Assembly (NCBI GenBank): GCA_002269645.1
Contig: NIVC01001282.1
Coordinates: forward strand, 45,557-109,556
DNA: 64,000 nt
Source of the DNA: Macrostomum lignano
Taxonomy: Eukaryota
Reading direction: 5' to 3'
Part shown: positions 1 to 12,663 of the stretch, piece by piece
Layout: each line of letters starts with the position of its first letter
Position numbering within the stretch: position 1 is the first letter of the stretch
Program-made: the position numbers and the translations under genes
Notes under the pieces: generated by a model
Seen by the model: the letters and a program-made list of their open reading frames with translations, nothing else
Database searches by the model: none
Told to the model about the DNA's origin: nothing

Positions 1-238
1 GACAGCATGGCCTGAGAATCAGTCAAGGAGGGTGACAGCATGAACCTAAGAATCAGTCAGGGAGGTTGCAGCATGACCTGAGAATCAGTCAAGGAGTGTG
101 ACAGCATGGCCTGAGAATCAGTCAGGAGGGTGACAGCATGACCTGAGAATCAGTCAGGGAGGGTGACAGCATGACCTAAGAATCAGTCAGGGAGGTTGTT
201 GCAGCATGGCCTGAGAATCAGTCAGGGAGGGTGACAGT
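1..238. repeat. 33-bp minisatellite (GACAGCATGGCCTGAGAATCAGTCAGGGAGGGT), about 7 copies
   Basis: Tandem units read directly; lies in the intron upstream of the EF-hand exon. Confidence 0.9.
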
Positions 239-250
239 AATAATCAACAG

Positions 251-402
251 CAAGCACCCCGACCCTGCCAGTCGCATACTGACACCCGCGGCGACAAGAT
301 GACCCGGAGGAGGCGGACGAGATGATCCAGGCGGCCGACATGGACGCAGACGGCATGATTGACTACGAAGAATTTGCCGCCGCACTCGGGGAAGATGAGT
401 AA
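251..402 (+). CDS. Terminal exon of a calmodulin-like EF-hand protein (frameshifted as assembled)
   Basis: CAACAG acceptor at 250. Frame 298-402 reads DDPEEADEMIQAADMDADGMIDYEEFAAALGEDE*, a canonical EF-hand. Restoring two single C deletions gives RILTTRGDKMTPEEADEM, matching calmodulin VMTNLGEKLTDEEVDEM. Confidence 0.75.
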
Positions 403-1311
403 AATAAGAAAGTCGAAAATTTACTTCTACCTACTACTGATACTAAAAAGTAGTGTAAATACTGTGAACATTCTAAATAAAATTTTAATAAATAAGAAGT
501 CGCACAGTCACGGGTATTTCGAAAACTCGCACAGTGAAATCAAGCACTCGTTTATATCTGTCTGTTACAATGCAGCATCAAGGGATTTTGTTTTCTCAAC
601 CACAAGCAACTCATATTCATAGAGGGTTCGGAACAGAGGAAGAAGCTGACAAAAAATTATTTAAAATATTATTATTACTGATTTATAATTTCAATGCGCT
701 ATACACGCTACTTTAAACGACCAAGGTTCAGACAAGTAGTGCACACCGTACAGGAGCTCCCACAATGGCCTGCACTGCAATGCGTAGGCAACAAAAATGC
801 TGAATCGCTCAATTGAGAAACAACAACCAAACAAAAAAAAAAAAAATTAAGACAATACATATTTTTTTAAATTTTACGACAGCAACGAATGATGCAACAT
901 TAGTGAGGCCTACAATAGCAGGATCGAAAATTTTTGAAGCTTACTTAAAATCATCTCCTTAGAAGATCTACGGCAACAGGAAAAAATAGCGATCATCAGT
1001 CAGACAATGGAATCCACAGCGTTAAACTACTATATGCCGTAACAATTTACTAATATTATATTAAGTATCCAGAGTTTACAATTTAAGTAATGCATCAACT
1101 GTGTCTCAACTGCCTGACAACATGGATTAGGGAGGGGTATTGATCAACAAAACAACTGTACTTTTCTAGGCGAATCCTTACTAATATAACTTTTATGGGT
1201 CAGAAATTAATCTGGTAGGTTATTAGAGAAACCAACAGACAAATTAGATGGCATCAAGCCGAACTGAGATTATTATATATCCAGGTTCACCAGACTGGAG
1301 CTGTGGGGTAG

Positions 1312-1745
1312 CTGAAGGCCCGCTGAAGGATCAGGGAGGGTGCAGCGGTGGCCCGCTGAAGGATCAGGGAGGGTGCAGCGGTGGCCCGCTGAAGGATCAG
1401 GGAGGGTGCAGCGGTGGCCCGCTGAAGGATCAGGGAGGGTGCAGCGGTGGCCCGCTGAAGGATCAGGGAGGGTGCAGCGGTGGCCCGCTGAAGGATCAGG
1501 GAGGGTGCAGCGGTGGCCCGCTGAAGGATCAGGGAGGGTGCAGCGGTGGCCCGCTGAAGGATCAGGGAGGGTGCAGCGGTGGCCCGCTGAAGGATCAGGG
1601 AGGGTGCAGCGGTGGCCCGCTGAAGGATCAGGGAGGGTGCAGCGGTGGCCCGCTGAAGGATCAGGGAGGGTGCAGCGGTGGCCCGCTGAAGGATCAGGGA
1701 GGGTGCAGCGGTGGCCCGCTGAAGGATCAGGGAGGGTGCAGCAGT
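1312..1745. repeat. 33-bp minisatellite (GCAGCGGTGGCCCGCTGAAGGATCAGGGAGGGT), about 13 near-identical copies
   Basis: Direct tandem repeat just downstream of the eIF5B stop; explains four overlapping repeat ORFs. Confidence 0.95.
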
Positions 1746-1895
1746 GCTGATTTTCAATGCTCAAGGATGGAAATCTAAATCTTGGCATTTTCCAGGAATT
1801 ATTTATTAAACACCCCAAGAAGTTCACGAGAGAAAAGTGTGCAATAGACGGAGAACAGGCGCCAAAGAAAGACCGCATAGTCAGGGGGGAGTCTC

Positions 1896-2117
1896 TCAAT
1901 AAACATTGAAGGCTTTCTTTAGCTCGATGACCAGTTTCCAATCCTCCTTGCCGAGATCGTCGCGGAAGTACTGCTTGAGAGCGTCGATGCTCTCTCGGCT
2001 GACCCGGCTCATCAGCAGGTCGTTGTGGTCGAAGTGCCGGCCGTACATCTTCGGCGCGTCGCCAGGCAGTGCGGCGATTTTAATGCACAGCTCGGCGCCT
2101 CGGCGGGCCTCTTCCAC
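1896..2117 (-). CDS. EIF5B: eIF5B exon 6 (last)
   Basis: AAACAG acceptor; VEEARRGAELCIKI...YGRHFD...SRESIDALKQYFRDDL..DW.L..ELKK..F is the eIF5B C-terminus; TGA stop. Confidence 0.95.
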   Translation of the reverse strand: MEEARRGAELCIKIAALPGDAPKMYGRHFDHNDLLMSRVSRESIDALKQYFRDDLGKEDWKLVIELKKAFNVY

Positions 2118-2209
2118 CTGTTTGCCGATATGTAGTGTAAAAGACTTTATAAGGCATGAATTTTCAATTAAAAGAGCTAAGAAAGACACTAGACACACCA
2201 AGAAAGACA

Positions 2210-2325
2210 CTGAGACAGTCACTGAGACCGACACTGAGACAGTCACTGAGACCGACACTGAGACAGTCACTGAGACCGACACTGAGACAGACGCTAAGAC
2301 AGACGCTAAGACAGACAATAAAACA
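2210..2325. repeat. 24-bp/12-bp GACA-type repeat in eIF5B intron 5
   Basis: ACTGAGACAGTCACTGAGACCGAC repeated about 3-4 times. Confidence 0.8.
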
Positions 2326-2357
2326 GGCACCAGGACATAAAAAATGCAATAAGTCAC

Positions 2358-2709
2358 CTTTTTATGATTGAGCTCGAGCGACTCGACCCGGCCGAGGTAC
2401 ACGGACTCCTTGCTAGGCACCGAGATCGGCGTGCCCACCTTGAGAATGCCGGCCTCAACAATGACGCCGCACACGATTGGGTCCCGGCTGTTGAAGATGA
2501 ACTGCGGCAGGACGCGCAGCTTGCAGGGGAACACGGCGATGTCTTTGAACTTCTCCCGTTCCGCTTTGATTCGATCGTCTCGCCATTTGATGAACGCGTC
2601 GCTCAGGTGGTAGATGATGTCGGCAGTGAAAATCTTCACGCCGTGACTGTCCGCCAGCTCCTGCGCCTCGCGCTCCACCTTCACGTCGAAGGCCAGAATG
2701 ACCGCCCAC
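2358..2709 (-). CDS. EIF5B: eIF5B exon 5
   Basis: WAVILAFDVKVEREAQELAD..GVKIFTADIIYHL...AVFPCKLRVLPQFIFNSRDPIVCGV; CCTCCAG acceptor, GTGACT donor; phase matches exon 4. Confidence 0.95.
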
Positions 2710-2796
2710 CTGGAGGGGAATTCAGGGTTAACGATTGGTTTCACCTGCATAAGTTAGAGTACAAAGTAATCCTACCCTGAATAATCTATATCCGCA

Positions 2797-3790
2797 TTGG
2801 CTAGATTAGCAATCCATTCTATTCCTTCATTTGAATGGACTAGATTAGCAATCCATTCTATTCTTTCGTTTGAATGGACTAGATTAGCAATCCATTCTAT
2901 TCCTGCATCCTTGTGGGCTAGATTAGCAATCCATTCTATTCCTGCATCCTTGTGGGCTAGATTAGCAATCCATTCTATTCCTTCATTTGAATGGACTAGA
3001 TTAGCAATCCATTCTATTCTTTCATTTGAATGGACTAGATTAGCAATCCATTCTATTCCTTCATTTGAATGGACTAGATTAGCAATCCATTCTATTCTTC
3101 CATTTGAATGGACTAGATTAGCAATCTATTCTATTCCTGCATTCTTGTGAGCTAGATTAGCAATCCATTGTATTCCTGCATCCTTGTGGGCTAGATTAGC
3201 AATCCATTCTATTCCTTCATTTGAATGGACTAGATTAGCAATCCATTCTATTCTTTCATTTGAATGGACTAGATTAGCAATCCATTCTATTCTTTCATTT
3301 GAATGGACTAGATTAGCAATCCATTCTATTCTTTCATTTGAATGGACTAGATTAGCAATCCATTCTATTCTTTCGTTTGAATGGACTAGATTAGCAATCC
3401 ATTCTATTCCTGCATCCTTGTGGGCTAGATTAGCAATCCATTCTATTCCTTCATTTGAATGGACTAGATTAGCAATCCATTCTATTCTTTCATTTGAATG
3501 GACTAGATTAGCAATCCATTCTATTCTTTCATTTGAATGGACTAGATTAGCAATCCATTCTATTCTTTCATTTGAATGGACTAGATTAGCAATCCATTCT
3601 ATTCTTTCGTTTGAATGGACTAGATTAGCAATCCATTCTATTCCTGCATCCTTGTGGGCTAGATTAGCAATCCATTCTATTCTTTCATTTGAATGGACTA
3701 GATTAGCAATCCATTCTATTCTTTCATTTGAATGGACTAGATTAGCAATCCATTCTATCCCTGCATCTACATGGGCTAGATTAGCAATCC
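2797..3790. repeat. 39-bp minisatellite (CTAGATTAGCAATCCATTCTATTCTTTCATTTGAATGGA), about 25 copies, filling eIF5B intron 4
   Basis: Tandem units with two alternating variants. Confidence 0.95.
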
Positions 3791-3814
3791 CTAAACCCCC
3801 AGACAGCGCCTCAC

Positions 3815-4023
3815 TGTGGATCCTTCTCCAGCATGATGCTGCACTTAGTGACGTCGCGCTTGTGCACCGGGCCGATGTTGATGCCGCAGTAGGGTATCTT
3901 CTCCGTACGCAGAAACAACAGCAGAGCCTCCAGGGAGCCCAGCGTGCTGGCTTGCACATACACACCCGTGTCCTGCACTTCGATGCTCTTCAACACTTTG
4001 CTCAGCTTGGCGCTGACGTCCAT
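3815..4023 (-). CDS. EIF5B: eIF5B exon 4
   Basis: GVYVQASTLGSLEALL.FL...IPY.GINIGPVHK.DV.K domain III motif; TTTGTAG acceptor, GTGAGG donor. Confidence 0.95.
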
Positions 4024-4204
4024 CTACAAAGTGGATAACGGGGGCTGAATTGATGTTAAATTGCTCCCAACTTGGGTGCCAGCATCCTTCGATACACTAA
4101 AGAACCACACGGGGATGCATTTGCGGAAAGAGACAATTAGCATTGAACAATGGGAGCTGAAAATACCGGTATTTAAATTTCATGGCATCCCAAGAAAGAC
4201 ACTT

Positions 4205-4565
4205 CCAACACCCTAAAGCAGACCTTTAACACCATAAGACAGACACTACTAACACCCTAAGACAGACACTTCCGATACCCTAAGACAGACACTACCGACA
4301 CCCTAAGACAGACACTACCGACACCCTAAGACACACTACTAACACCCTAAGACAGACACTACCAACACCCTAAGACAGACACTCCAGACACCCTAAGACA
4401 GACACTCCAGACACCCTAAGACAGACACTCCAGACACCCTAAGACAGACACTACCGACACCCTAAGACAGACACTCCAGACACCCTAAGACAGACACTAC
4501 CGACACCCTAAGACAGACACTTCCGATACCCTAAGACAGACACTCCAGACATCCTAAGACACTAA
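4205..4565. repeat. 23-bp minisatellite (CCCTAAGACAGACACTACCGACA), about 15 copies
   Basis: Tandem units read directly. Confidence 0.9.
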
Positions 4566-6497
4566 GAGGTTTTCTTATTCTACCGGGGCACTCCTACCAA
4601 AATTTAAGCAACGTTTTACGAATGAGATCCTACTAACAATTAGTAGTAAGGTTAGAAGATTTTATTATTTTATTAAGAAAATTTCACATCAAGGACATAT
4701 GCGCCAACTCTATATTACAGTAGGAATTTAGTGTGTCCTCATTTATTGTATAGCATCGCAAAAAGTGTCGTGGGGGGGTAAATCCGAATAAAAGAGGTTT
4801 AAACTATTTGGCCCGATAAAGAGTACATGCATAAGCTCGAGATGGATGGAGAGCAAACGAGGGGCCAGCTCGTGTCGAGTAGCTGCCAAGCTGATCAAGT
4901 GATGCGAAAGAAGGGAGACGGATACGCTAGGAGAGAAAGTTAGACTGAGAGAGAGAGAGAAGTGAGAGAAGAAAGGATTTTTTTAGCCCCACGTCCTGCC
5001 AGGCTCTCCTAGAAGACAGACAGCAGCAAGAACAGGAGAGACGCGCTGGCGCACACGCGAGTCCATGGCAGAGGATACTTGAGATTAAATTTACTCTCTC
5101 CTCCTCGCTATTTTCCTCTTCTAGATCGGAGCAACCCGGCAGCCCCACACAGGCAGAGCTTAATTCGCGTTTTAGCTGCTGAGAAAGAGGGCGAGAAATA
5201 GAGAGAGGGAGGGAGAGTATCGTATGAGAATCCGATTCGAGTGTACACAGAATTTCAGTACACCCAGTGGATGCACGAGTAGACCAGTAGACAGCCACCC
5301 CACTGTCCGATCACTCTCCATTATCACCCCCACACACGCCGGCAGCGGTTGACCCGCTCTTAGCGAGAAAGTTTCCATTCGAAATGAGCCGACCCGATCC
5401 CCAGCTCTGTGGCAGTTTCAAGTAGTTAGCATAGTTAGCAAGCCAGCCAGTTCAGCTAACTGTGCCGCAATTGGGTGAAAGTGAAAGTAAGAAGATTAGA
5501 GTCTAGGATTGATTAAACACACCAACTGACTGCTCACATAGCCTTCTCTAGAGCCTGACACTAGAAGTCTGCTTTGAAAGTTCTGGAATGAGTTGTTCTC
5601 GGGGTTTGAAAAGCTGCTAATTCGGGCCTGATAGGTGGACATTGTGGCTCTGAAGGGAGTGACACTAGGTGGACATTGTGGATTTGAAAGGAGTGACATT
5701 CCGGGTTTCATAGGAGGCCATTATGGATTCGGACCGAGTGACATTCCGGGTCTGATAGGTGGACATTTTGGCTCTGAAGGGAGTGACATTCCGGGTCTGA
5801 TAGATGGACATTGTGTATTTGAACCGTAATAAGTTCTCAATGATGCAAATAGGAGGTTTAAGGCGGCCAATGTACGCTAAATTCCTAGAAGAGATTTCGG
5901 ATCTACAGAAGATATAATTCTCCGACACTAGTAGAGTTAGAGAAGCACAGTTGAACCAATCGAATTGACGCACGGAATTCAGTGCATAGTGTTCACTCGC
6001 AGATCCTAGCAATGGGACTCGAGAATTTGGGAATGGGAATCTAGCAGGGGGATTAATATCTAAGCTGGGTGGATTTCAGTCGCCCGATATGCATGGATTT
6101 GCATGGACGCATGGATTTGCGATATATCTAATAGTAATAATAGGCAGACAGGCTGAGCAGCCATGAGCGGGGCTGCATAAATTATCGACGCTTGCAAACG
6201 CAAAAAAGAATATTATATTATTGCCGATGAGCCATAAAAATACAGCGAAATATTCCGTCTCCCTATAGGCCAAGGGAAACTGGGTGAGGAATTTAGCAGA
6301 TAAATTTTTCCCAGACTGGGGCTTCATATTGAAACAGTGCTTTAATATTTTATTAATAGCAGCTGTTCTCAATTGAACTGAAGCACAGCTAAATCTCACA
6401 AGTCTGTCTTTAAACCAACGAAATTCTAAATGAGCAAAAATGTCAGAGCCAGCATCCTTACTGACTCATCGCGATTTGGGGTCGATATTGAACCATT

Positions 6498-6900
6498 TTG
6501 CAAGGGCACTTTATAGCTCGTAATGACGTCGGTAATATATTGTTTCGCAACAATCTCATCAGTAAGGACTTAAAATTAGACCTTTTGTCCATTTTTCCTT
6601 CATTTTTACCGGGAGTGCAGAATATTTTAAACAGAAGAAACGTGAATGCTGCAATTAAGGGTCTAAGTGAGTCCAGGGAGATGTGCATGGCCTTAACCGG
6701 CCATGGATTCTTCCAGAGACATATCTGGTTGCAAACCAGTTGCCGTCACCTTCTGCCCTTATTTCAATACAAATATTGAAATAATTGTGCGCGGCACAAA
6801 CAGCTCGGCAACTCCAGGCGGATGGACGAACTGACCACCCCGGACAACATCCGTGATCTTTGCGCCTTCATCAGAGATACCGGCCGGATGAGGGTCGTCG
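6498..6900 (+). mobile_element. Degenerate 3' end of a non-LTR retrotransposon ORF2 (RNase H-bearing, R1/I-like group)
   Basis: [14 protein letters not shown]...FCPYF...[14 protein letters not shown] resembles the LTGH/zinc-knuckle/C-terminal helix of LINE ORF2; stops and frameshifts present. Motif recall only. Confidence 0.45.
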
Positions 6901-7564
6901 ATGCCTCCCCCTGCGAACCTGCCGACTACTGGCGGGGTCAAAAATCCAGATCTTTAGAAATCCCTGGCTGTAGTGTTCCGGTGCATTTTTCAACCCTACC
7001 CATTTTAAAAAGCCGTCTCAGTATCAGCTTTAAGCAGCAGACAGGCAGGTTTAAAAAAGCGCAAGCAACTCACTGAGCGTAGGCGTGACTCATAAAAGTG
7101 ATTACACAGGGCGTCATTACCAAAAGGTACAAATTAGCTAATGGAAAAAATCTTTTCAATTTAATTTTTTCATTGAATGTAGAAACATGAAGACAGACAG
7201 ACCTTAGAGATTTAGTATATTGTGATTCATCACGCTGCATGAAGTGGATAAAGAGTACAATTTACTTATGACATACATGTAGTGAATAGACTGTGCTCTT
7301 GCTCAGGTGCCTGGATAACGACAGAGGCACATTGTGAGCTAGACAGACACGGGAGAAATCCTGCTAGCTGTTGGTTGAGAATTTTTTAATTACGCACTGC
7401 AATGGAGGCCGCTTGCTCAAACACTGACTCAGTTGCAATGCAATTTTTACTGCTGACAGTCTGCGGTTCTCTAAAATCTTTATGACGCTGCTTTGACAAT
7501 GCGCACTTTTTTTGTAAATTATTGATTTGCCAAGCCATAGAATAAACATGAGCGTATACAAATA

Positions 7565-7830
7565 TTGAAAGGTGCAAACTGGAAAGTGAATCGCCGGGCA
7601 CTCTGGCCATCCGACAAACGAGTTAGCCGATTGCATGGTCTTACTAGTTCGACCAGGACCAGTGGTGGCTTCAAAGCACAGGGAGAGGTGGGCAACCGCC
7701 CCCGACTGTCGGCAATCCCGCGCGCGGCTGTCCCCTGTCCTTTCCCCGCCTTCCATAGGGCCCTGCTTGGATTCAACCGCAGGGACATCAGGGCGGTGAC
7801 CATGGCCCTCTCGGGCCGTTTCAATTTCCT
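7565..7830 (+). mobile_element. Second degenerate LINE ORF2 fragment of a similar family
   Basis: [20 protein letters not shown] parallels the segment preceding LTGH in the 6.5-kb fragment. Confidence 0.35.
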
Positions 7831-9274
7831 GCTCATATAAGTATTGCTATTTATGGAGAAAACTGACTAAGACTAAGGTAAAGAGTGTTCCGAAATTCAA
7901 ACGTGCTATTTCTTTCTCCGTAAAGACTATAGAAAAGGTTAGATCAGTAGACAAGAACAATAACTGCAAAGCATATGCGAAAGTCAAACTCATAAAAAAA
8001 CTGGTGAAGACATAAAAACCCATTCTAGTAACGATAAAAATACTTGGATTTGGACAATCTAGACTGGTAGACCCCTAACCTGAGAAGGTAGGTTGCGTGC
8101 AAACTGTTAAAATCAACATGAAAATACAGACAAGTCCAACACAGCAATGAGCCATCGTACAAAAGACTCAGCAAGCCTGTGGGTTTTGGACTCTTAATCA
8201 AATAAACGGGCCAACTCGTTTTTTTCCAATATTCGTAGAAAGCTAAATGACGAATGGAAAGCAAATAAGAAAAGACAGTCCGATTCCAAAGCAAGCACAA
8301 GAGCTCGATTTGGCAGCTTAATGAGCTGTATGGGGGGAGGTCATTGAGAACGAGTGGCAGGCAGAATGGGAGACACTCAGCTGAAAAACAATAGTTACAG
8401 GACCGATCCGCAGTTAAACAGTAAGGAGAAATGGGGAGCAGAAGCCGACTAAATAGGGGGGGGGGCAGAGGAAATTGAAGAGGGAGGGTAGGATCGGATT
8501 TTTTGGTTTGGTCTCGTCGTGGCGAGGAGGAGACGGGGGAGCAATGCCAGGCGAGTCACTCCAAAAGTAATACAAACGGTCGCAGCATTGGCTGAAGATA
8601 AGAGAGAGCAGCGAGAGACGAGACCGAGAGCAGGAGCAGTTGAGGGGAGGACTTCCAATGCGCACGGGCAGCCAATGAATGAGGCGAAATGGTGGGAGAG
8701 GGAGGGAACAGAAATAAGGGCTTAAAGTTATATAGCTTCAAAGCTCCTCATTGCAAGCTTTGGCCAGAGGGTAGGAGCTGAAGGAATGAGTCAGGGATGG
8801 GGTGGGCCGCCTCGGGTGAGTGGAGAATGATAGGAGGAAGGGAAGGACAATATAGGGGGCAGGGCCAAGTATTTTCAGGAGGAGGAGGGGGTGGGTGCTC
8901 CGCGCTTGGAGGGCTCCTGCCGGCCCGACCAACCCCCGCGTCACCCTCCTCGCCTCCCAAAAACAGTGGGCCGAGACGAATAAGCCCCCCACCACCCCAT
9001 TCCTCCGTTCAGTTCTGTTCCGTTCCAAATCTGTCCGAGGCTAAACCAGAGCCCACCCCACTCCAATCCTCCGTTCTTCCCCTCCATAGTCCTCTGCCTG
9101 TTCGTCCTTAGTCAGGATAATAATTTTCTCTCCCTCTTATAAGCCAAGCCAACACTGAGGCACAGACATGGCCGAGTTCAGCAGTTGTTGAACAAAGCGA
9201 ACCTCCGTCCTGTTTACACCCTGACCAGACGCGGGTCAACTGGACAGAATAAAAAACACAAAAGCGCTGCAATC

Positions 9275-10125
9275 ATGATGCTTCGAGCCGAATGCACCCT
9301 GATCAGCTGCATAGCCCTGCTAACGCCTCAGCTATTCGTGCATTTGCCTCTGCGAGCCTACATCGAGTACGGACTATGGCCTGTCCTAGTTCAACTAGCC
9401 GGCATACTGGTTCTAGTGCAGCCGTTAGTGTTCTGCGAATTAGCGCTGGGCCAGCGAAGTCAGTTTGGCCCAGTGAAATGCTGGTGCTTTGGCCCGGCTT
9501 GGAAAGGCATCGGCCTGCTGATGCTCACCTGCAGCGCGCTAGACCTATTGGCTACCAATGCCGACGTGCTGGATCATCTGCAGCGGCACCACAACATCGG
9601 TGGCTTACAATACACGGCTTATTTTCAGCTAGCCCTGTGGCTAGGCGTACTGCTACCTGTGCTAACCTGGTGGCCAAAGTATGCCAGCAAACTGTGGGTC
9701 CTCGGCTCCCTCTTGTGCATCGGCGCCCTCTGCGCCGTGGCCGCTCGCACACTGTCTCTGGGCCACTCTGAGGCCGCTCTCCAACGCCTTTGGCAACTGT
9801 CAGCTAAACTGCCAGATAGCCTGCTAGACCTGCTGCGAGCCTCACTACTGCCCTACCTGTACGCCTGCGGCACAGGAGCGCTAATAGCGCTGGGCAGTTA
9901 CAGGAAGCCGCGAACCAACGCATTCCTAGACTCCGGCCTAACAGTTGGCCTAGTATTTCTGTTGCACGCGCTCTACACTGTGTCAACTAGCGCATTGGTT
10001 ATGCAATTCTGTCAGGGACATCCGGCTTTATTTGGCGACGCAGCTTCTCCAGCATCGGCAATTGACGCTTCTGGTGCGGCACCTGCGCCAGCTAGTAGCT
10101 CTAACGGCACCTGTCAGATGCCTCG
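9275..10125 (+). CDS. Atypical SLC6 (sodium:neurotransmitter symporter family)-like protein, exon 1; nested antisense in eIF5B intron 3
   Basis: QPLVFCELALGQRSQFGPVKCWCFGPAWKGIG matches SLC6 PLFFLELALGQ...GP...W...P.FKGIG; GTGALIALGSYRK matches TM6 GFG.LIA..SYN. Donor CG|GTGAG at 10125/10126. Start ATG 9275 is uncertain; the frame is open from 9143. Confidence 0.8.
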
Positions 10126-11252
10126 GTGAGGACTGAGGATTCCTACATGGCTAGTAGAGCCACAAGTTTGGGACCTGACTGACACGTCCGCTAGTCTCTT
10201 TTTTCTCTTTTTGGGACAAATATTTGAACTCCTTTCCAGCTTCCTTCCTGCCCACCGCTCGTCTCTCGCTTCCTGTCACAATCTGGCTATGCTATTGCTA
10301 GTAAAGTCGCAGAGCTGCCAAGGGATACATGGGGCGCATGGGCGAGCGAGCTGACTGAACTGGGGAAAAATTCCAAAGATATAATCCCATCCTGCAGCTC
10401 GCATAGTCACAGCCGTTTTCACCACCCCATACTGTTGGAGATTTTTTCCCTCTCGCCCCAAATATATCAAATCTCTCTCGCCCGAAGCCAGTGAAGCTGA
10501 CTAGCGTCCTAGCGATGTACTTGATCGCCAGCTAATAAAACTACGAAAAGTTCAACTTTTTCTCTAAAAAAGACAGGAAGGTGGTAAGATCCTAGGAATG
10601 ATATTGTGCTGGACTATACACAAGCAGCGTTCATGTGCGTGAACTTATAGAGAACGTGAAGTTTTTTCACTTATAACTGCGCAAAACTGAACTTTTCGAT
10701 TGCCGTTAGAATTCTAGTTGGCTCTTTTCCTATGCACAGTTGCGCTAAAATAGATAAAAACCTATGCTAGTCTTAAGAACTTCAGATCGCTTAGTAATAC
10801 ACAATAAGCAGCGCGCTCAGATGAAGAGAATGAAGCTTTAGTAAGGACCAGTTGCTTCAGGCTGAAAGTCAAAGATAGGAGATTGGATAGTGGGTAAGTC
10901 AGTGTTATTCTTCAGTTTCTGACCCAAGGGAGTTAGTTGTCTGTCAAGTGTCGAATTACTGAAGTTTCTAGCATAGTGCTGGAATCCCAGGAGCTTTGAT
11001 AAGACACCAGGGGAAAGGAAAGTTGACAGACCGAACTAAACATAACGAATGCAAGAAGTGGCTGCAGCTCACTGGTTGGACGACAGGACAAGAACTAAAA
11101 TCAATTTTTTTCAAAGCAAACAAACTCAATGATATAGAGCATAGAGTACGTAGACAACTTTGGCTACATATTAACGTGAAGTTTCGTTGTGCTAAAAGTA
11201 ATTAGAAAGTCCCAGCTGACTTAACCAACCCACCGGAATTCGCTTTCTGCAG

Positions 11253-12625
11253 CTACAACGTCAGACTGCCAACCGTGCCTTCAGCCAGCGCCAATCAACC
11301 TGGCTGGGCGATCGCTCCGCCAGAGGCCGACGATCGAGCCGGTGACGATGTCCGAGTCTACCTGGAGCTGTTGGAAGGCTTGCCAACTAACATGATCTCG
11401 CCAAAAATTTGGCTCTGGTTTTGGCGCAGCGCTCTTGGCTGGCTATTCCTAACTAGAATGCTGGTACGCGCCGACGCTTGGGTGCGCGCCGTATCTGACA
11501 AATTTCGCGGCTGTCAGAGCCTTCGTAGGCGACAATGGACTGCGCGTCTACTAGCTAGTCTAATTGTGTGCACCTTTGGCGCCGGCTTGGGATTTGTGCA
11601 GCAGCACTTCAAGCAGAATCTCAGCCTGCCAGATCTGTACCGAATGTCAACTGTGCGTTGGCTGCCTCTGCTGCTGACGGCTCTGGCCTGTCTAGCTGTG
11701 GCTCACGGCTACGGAGGCGTCCGCTTCATCAAGGAGGTTGGCGGCGGGGTAGCCCTCCGGCCCTGGTTCCTAGTGCTGGTCGGCTTTGTCACGCCAGGCC
11801 TGGCCATTGCACTAGCCGGTCTCCGCATGCACGTCAGTATCCAGGCGCTACTGTGGCCCAGCGCTGGCAATCTGTTTTACCGCATCATCGGGCCGTCCAT
11901 ACAGGTGCCCAACTATGCTAACCTACTGCTAGCCGTAGCCGCCTTTCTACTCCTACTGGCTGGCCTGTTTAGCCCGCTGATCTGGCACGGCCTGTGCCGG
12001 AGGCAGCGCTGCATAGATCTGGTGCAGCCGACAAAGAGCTGGCAGGGCGAACAGTTGCACAGGCCTGGAGGTCCCGGAGACGGCATCGACGGCAGCACCG
12101 GAGACATGGCATCGGAGGATTCGGCCAACGGTACCAATGGAGGCGGCGGAGTCATGGGCGGCATGATCGGCAGTGGCAGCGGCGGTGGAGGCGGCTATGG
12201 CGGAGGCGGCGGCATGGGTGGCGGCGATTTCTTAGTGCGAGACCTCGGCGCTACAACCATCGGCAATGAGAGTCCGGTGATGACGCACACAATGCGCCAA
12301 CAGCACCAACAGCAGCAGCAATATCAAGCTGCTACCGCGGTGAAATTGGCAAATCCTATGCTGCCGCCACCGTCTAACGATATTGAGCCGCCCTTGCCGC
12401 CGCCTCCGCCGCCAGCGGCAGCCGCTCTAATGTACACTAACGCCAAGCCGACGCAGCCTGTGAGACCCATGGTAGAGCAGCAGCAGCAGCAGCAATACGC
12501 AATGACAGCCGTAGTCTCTTCAACGGCTTCCTCCATGTCTTCTACTCCGCCACCGCCCCCTCCGCCGTCAATTCTGCCGATGTCAACAATAGCTGGCACA
12601 GCGGACACCTACGGAACTGTGCGGT

Positions 12626-12663
<38 letters not shown>

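Noticed and set aside
1248-4038. Repeat ORFs (GGCSGGPLKDQ, RLAIHSILSFEWT, IEWIANL...)
   Set aside because: Translations of the 33- and 39-bp arrays; unit lengths are multiples of 3.
10127-10355. About 75 open codons after the SLC6 exon-1 TGA (possible readthrough)
   Set aside because: The TGA lies within the donor GTGAG, and splicing to 11253 restores the frame and SLC6 continuity.
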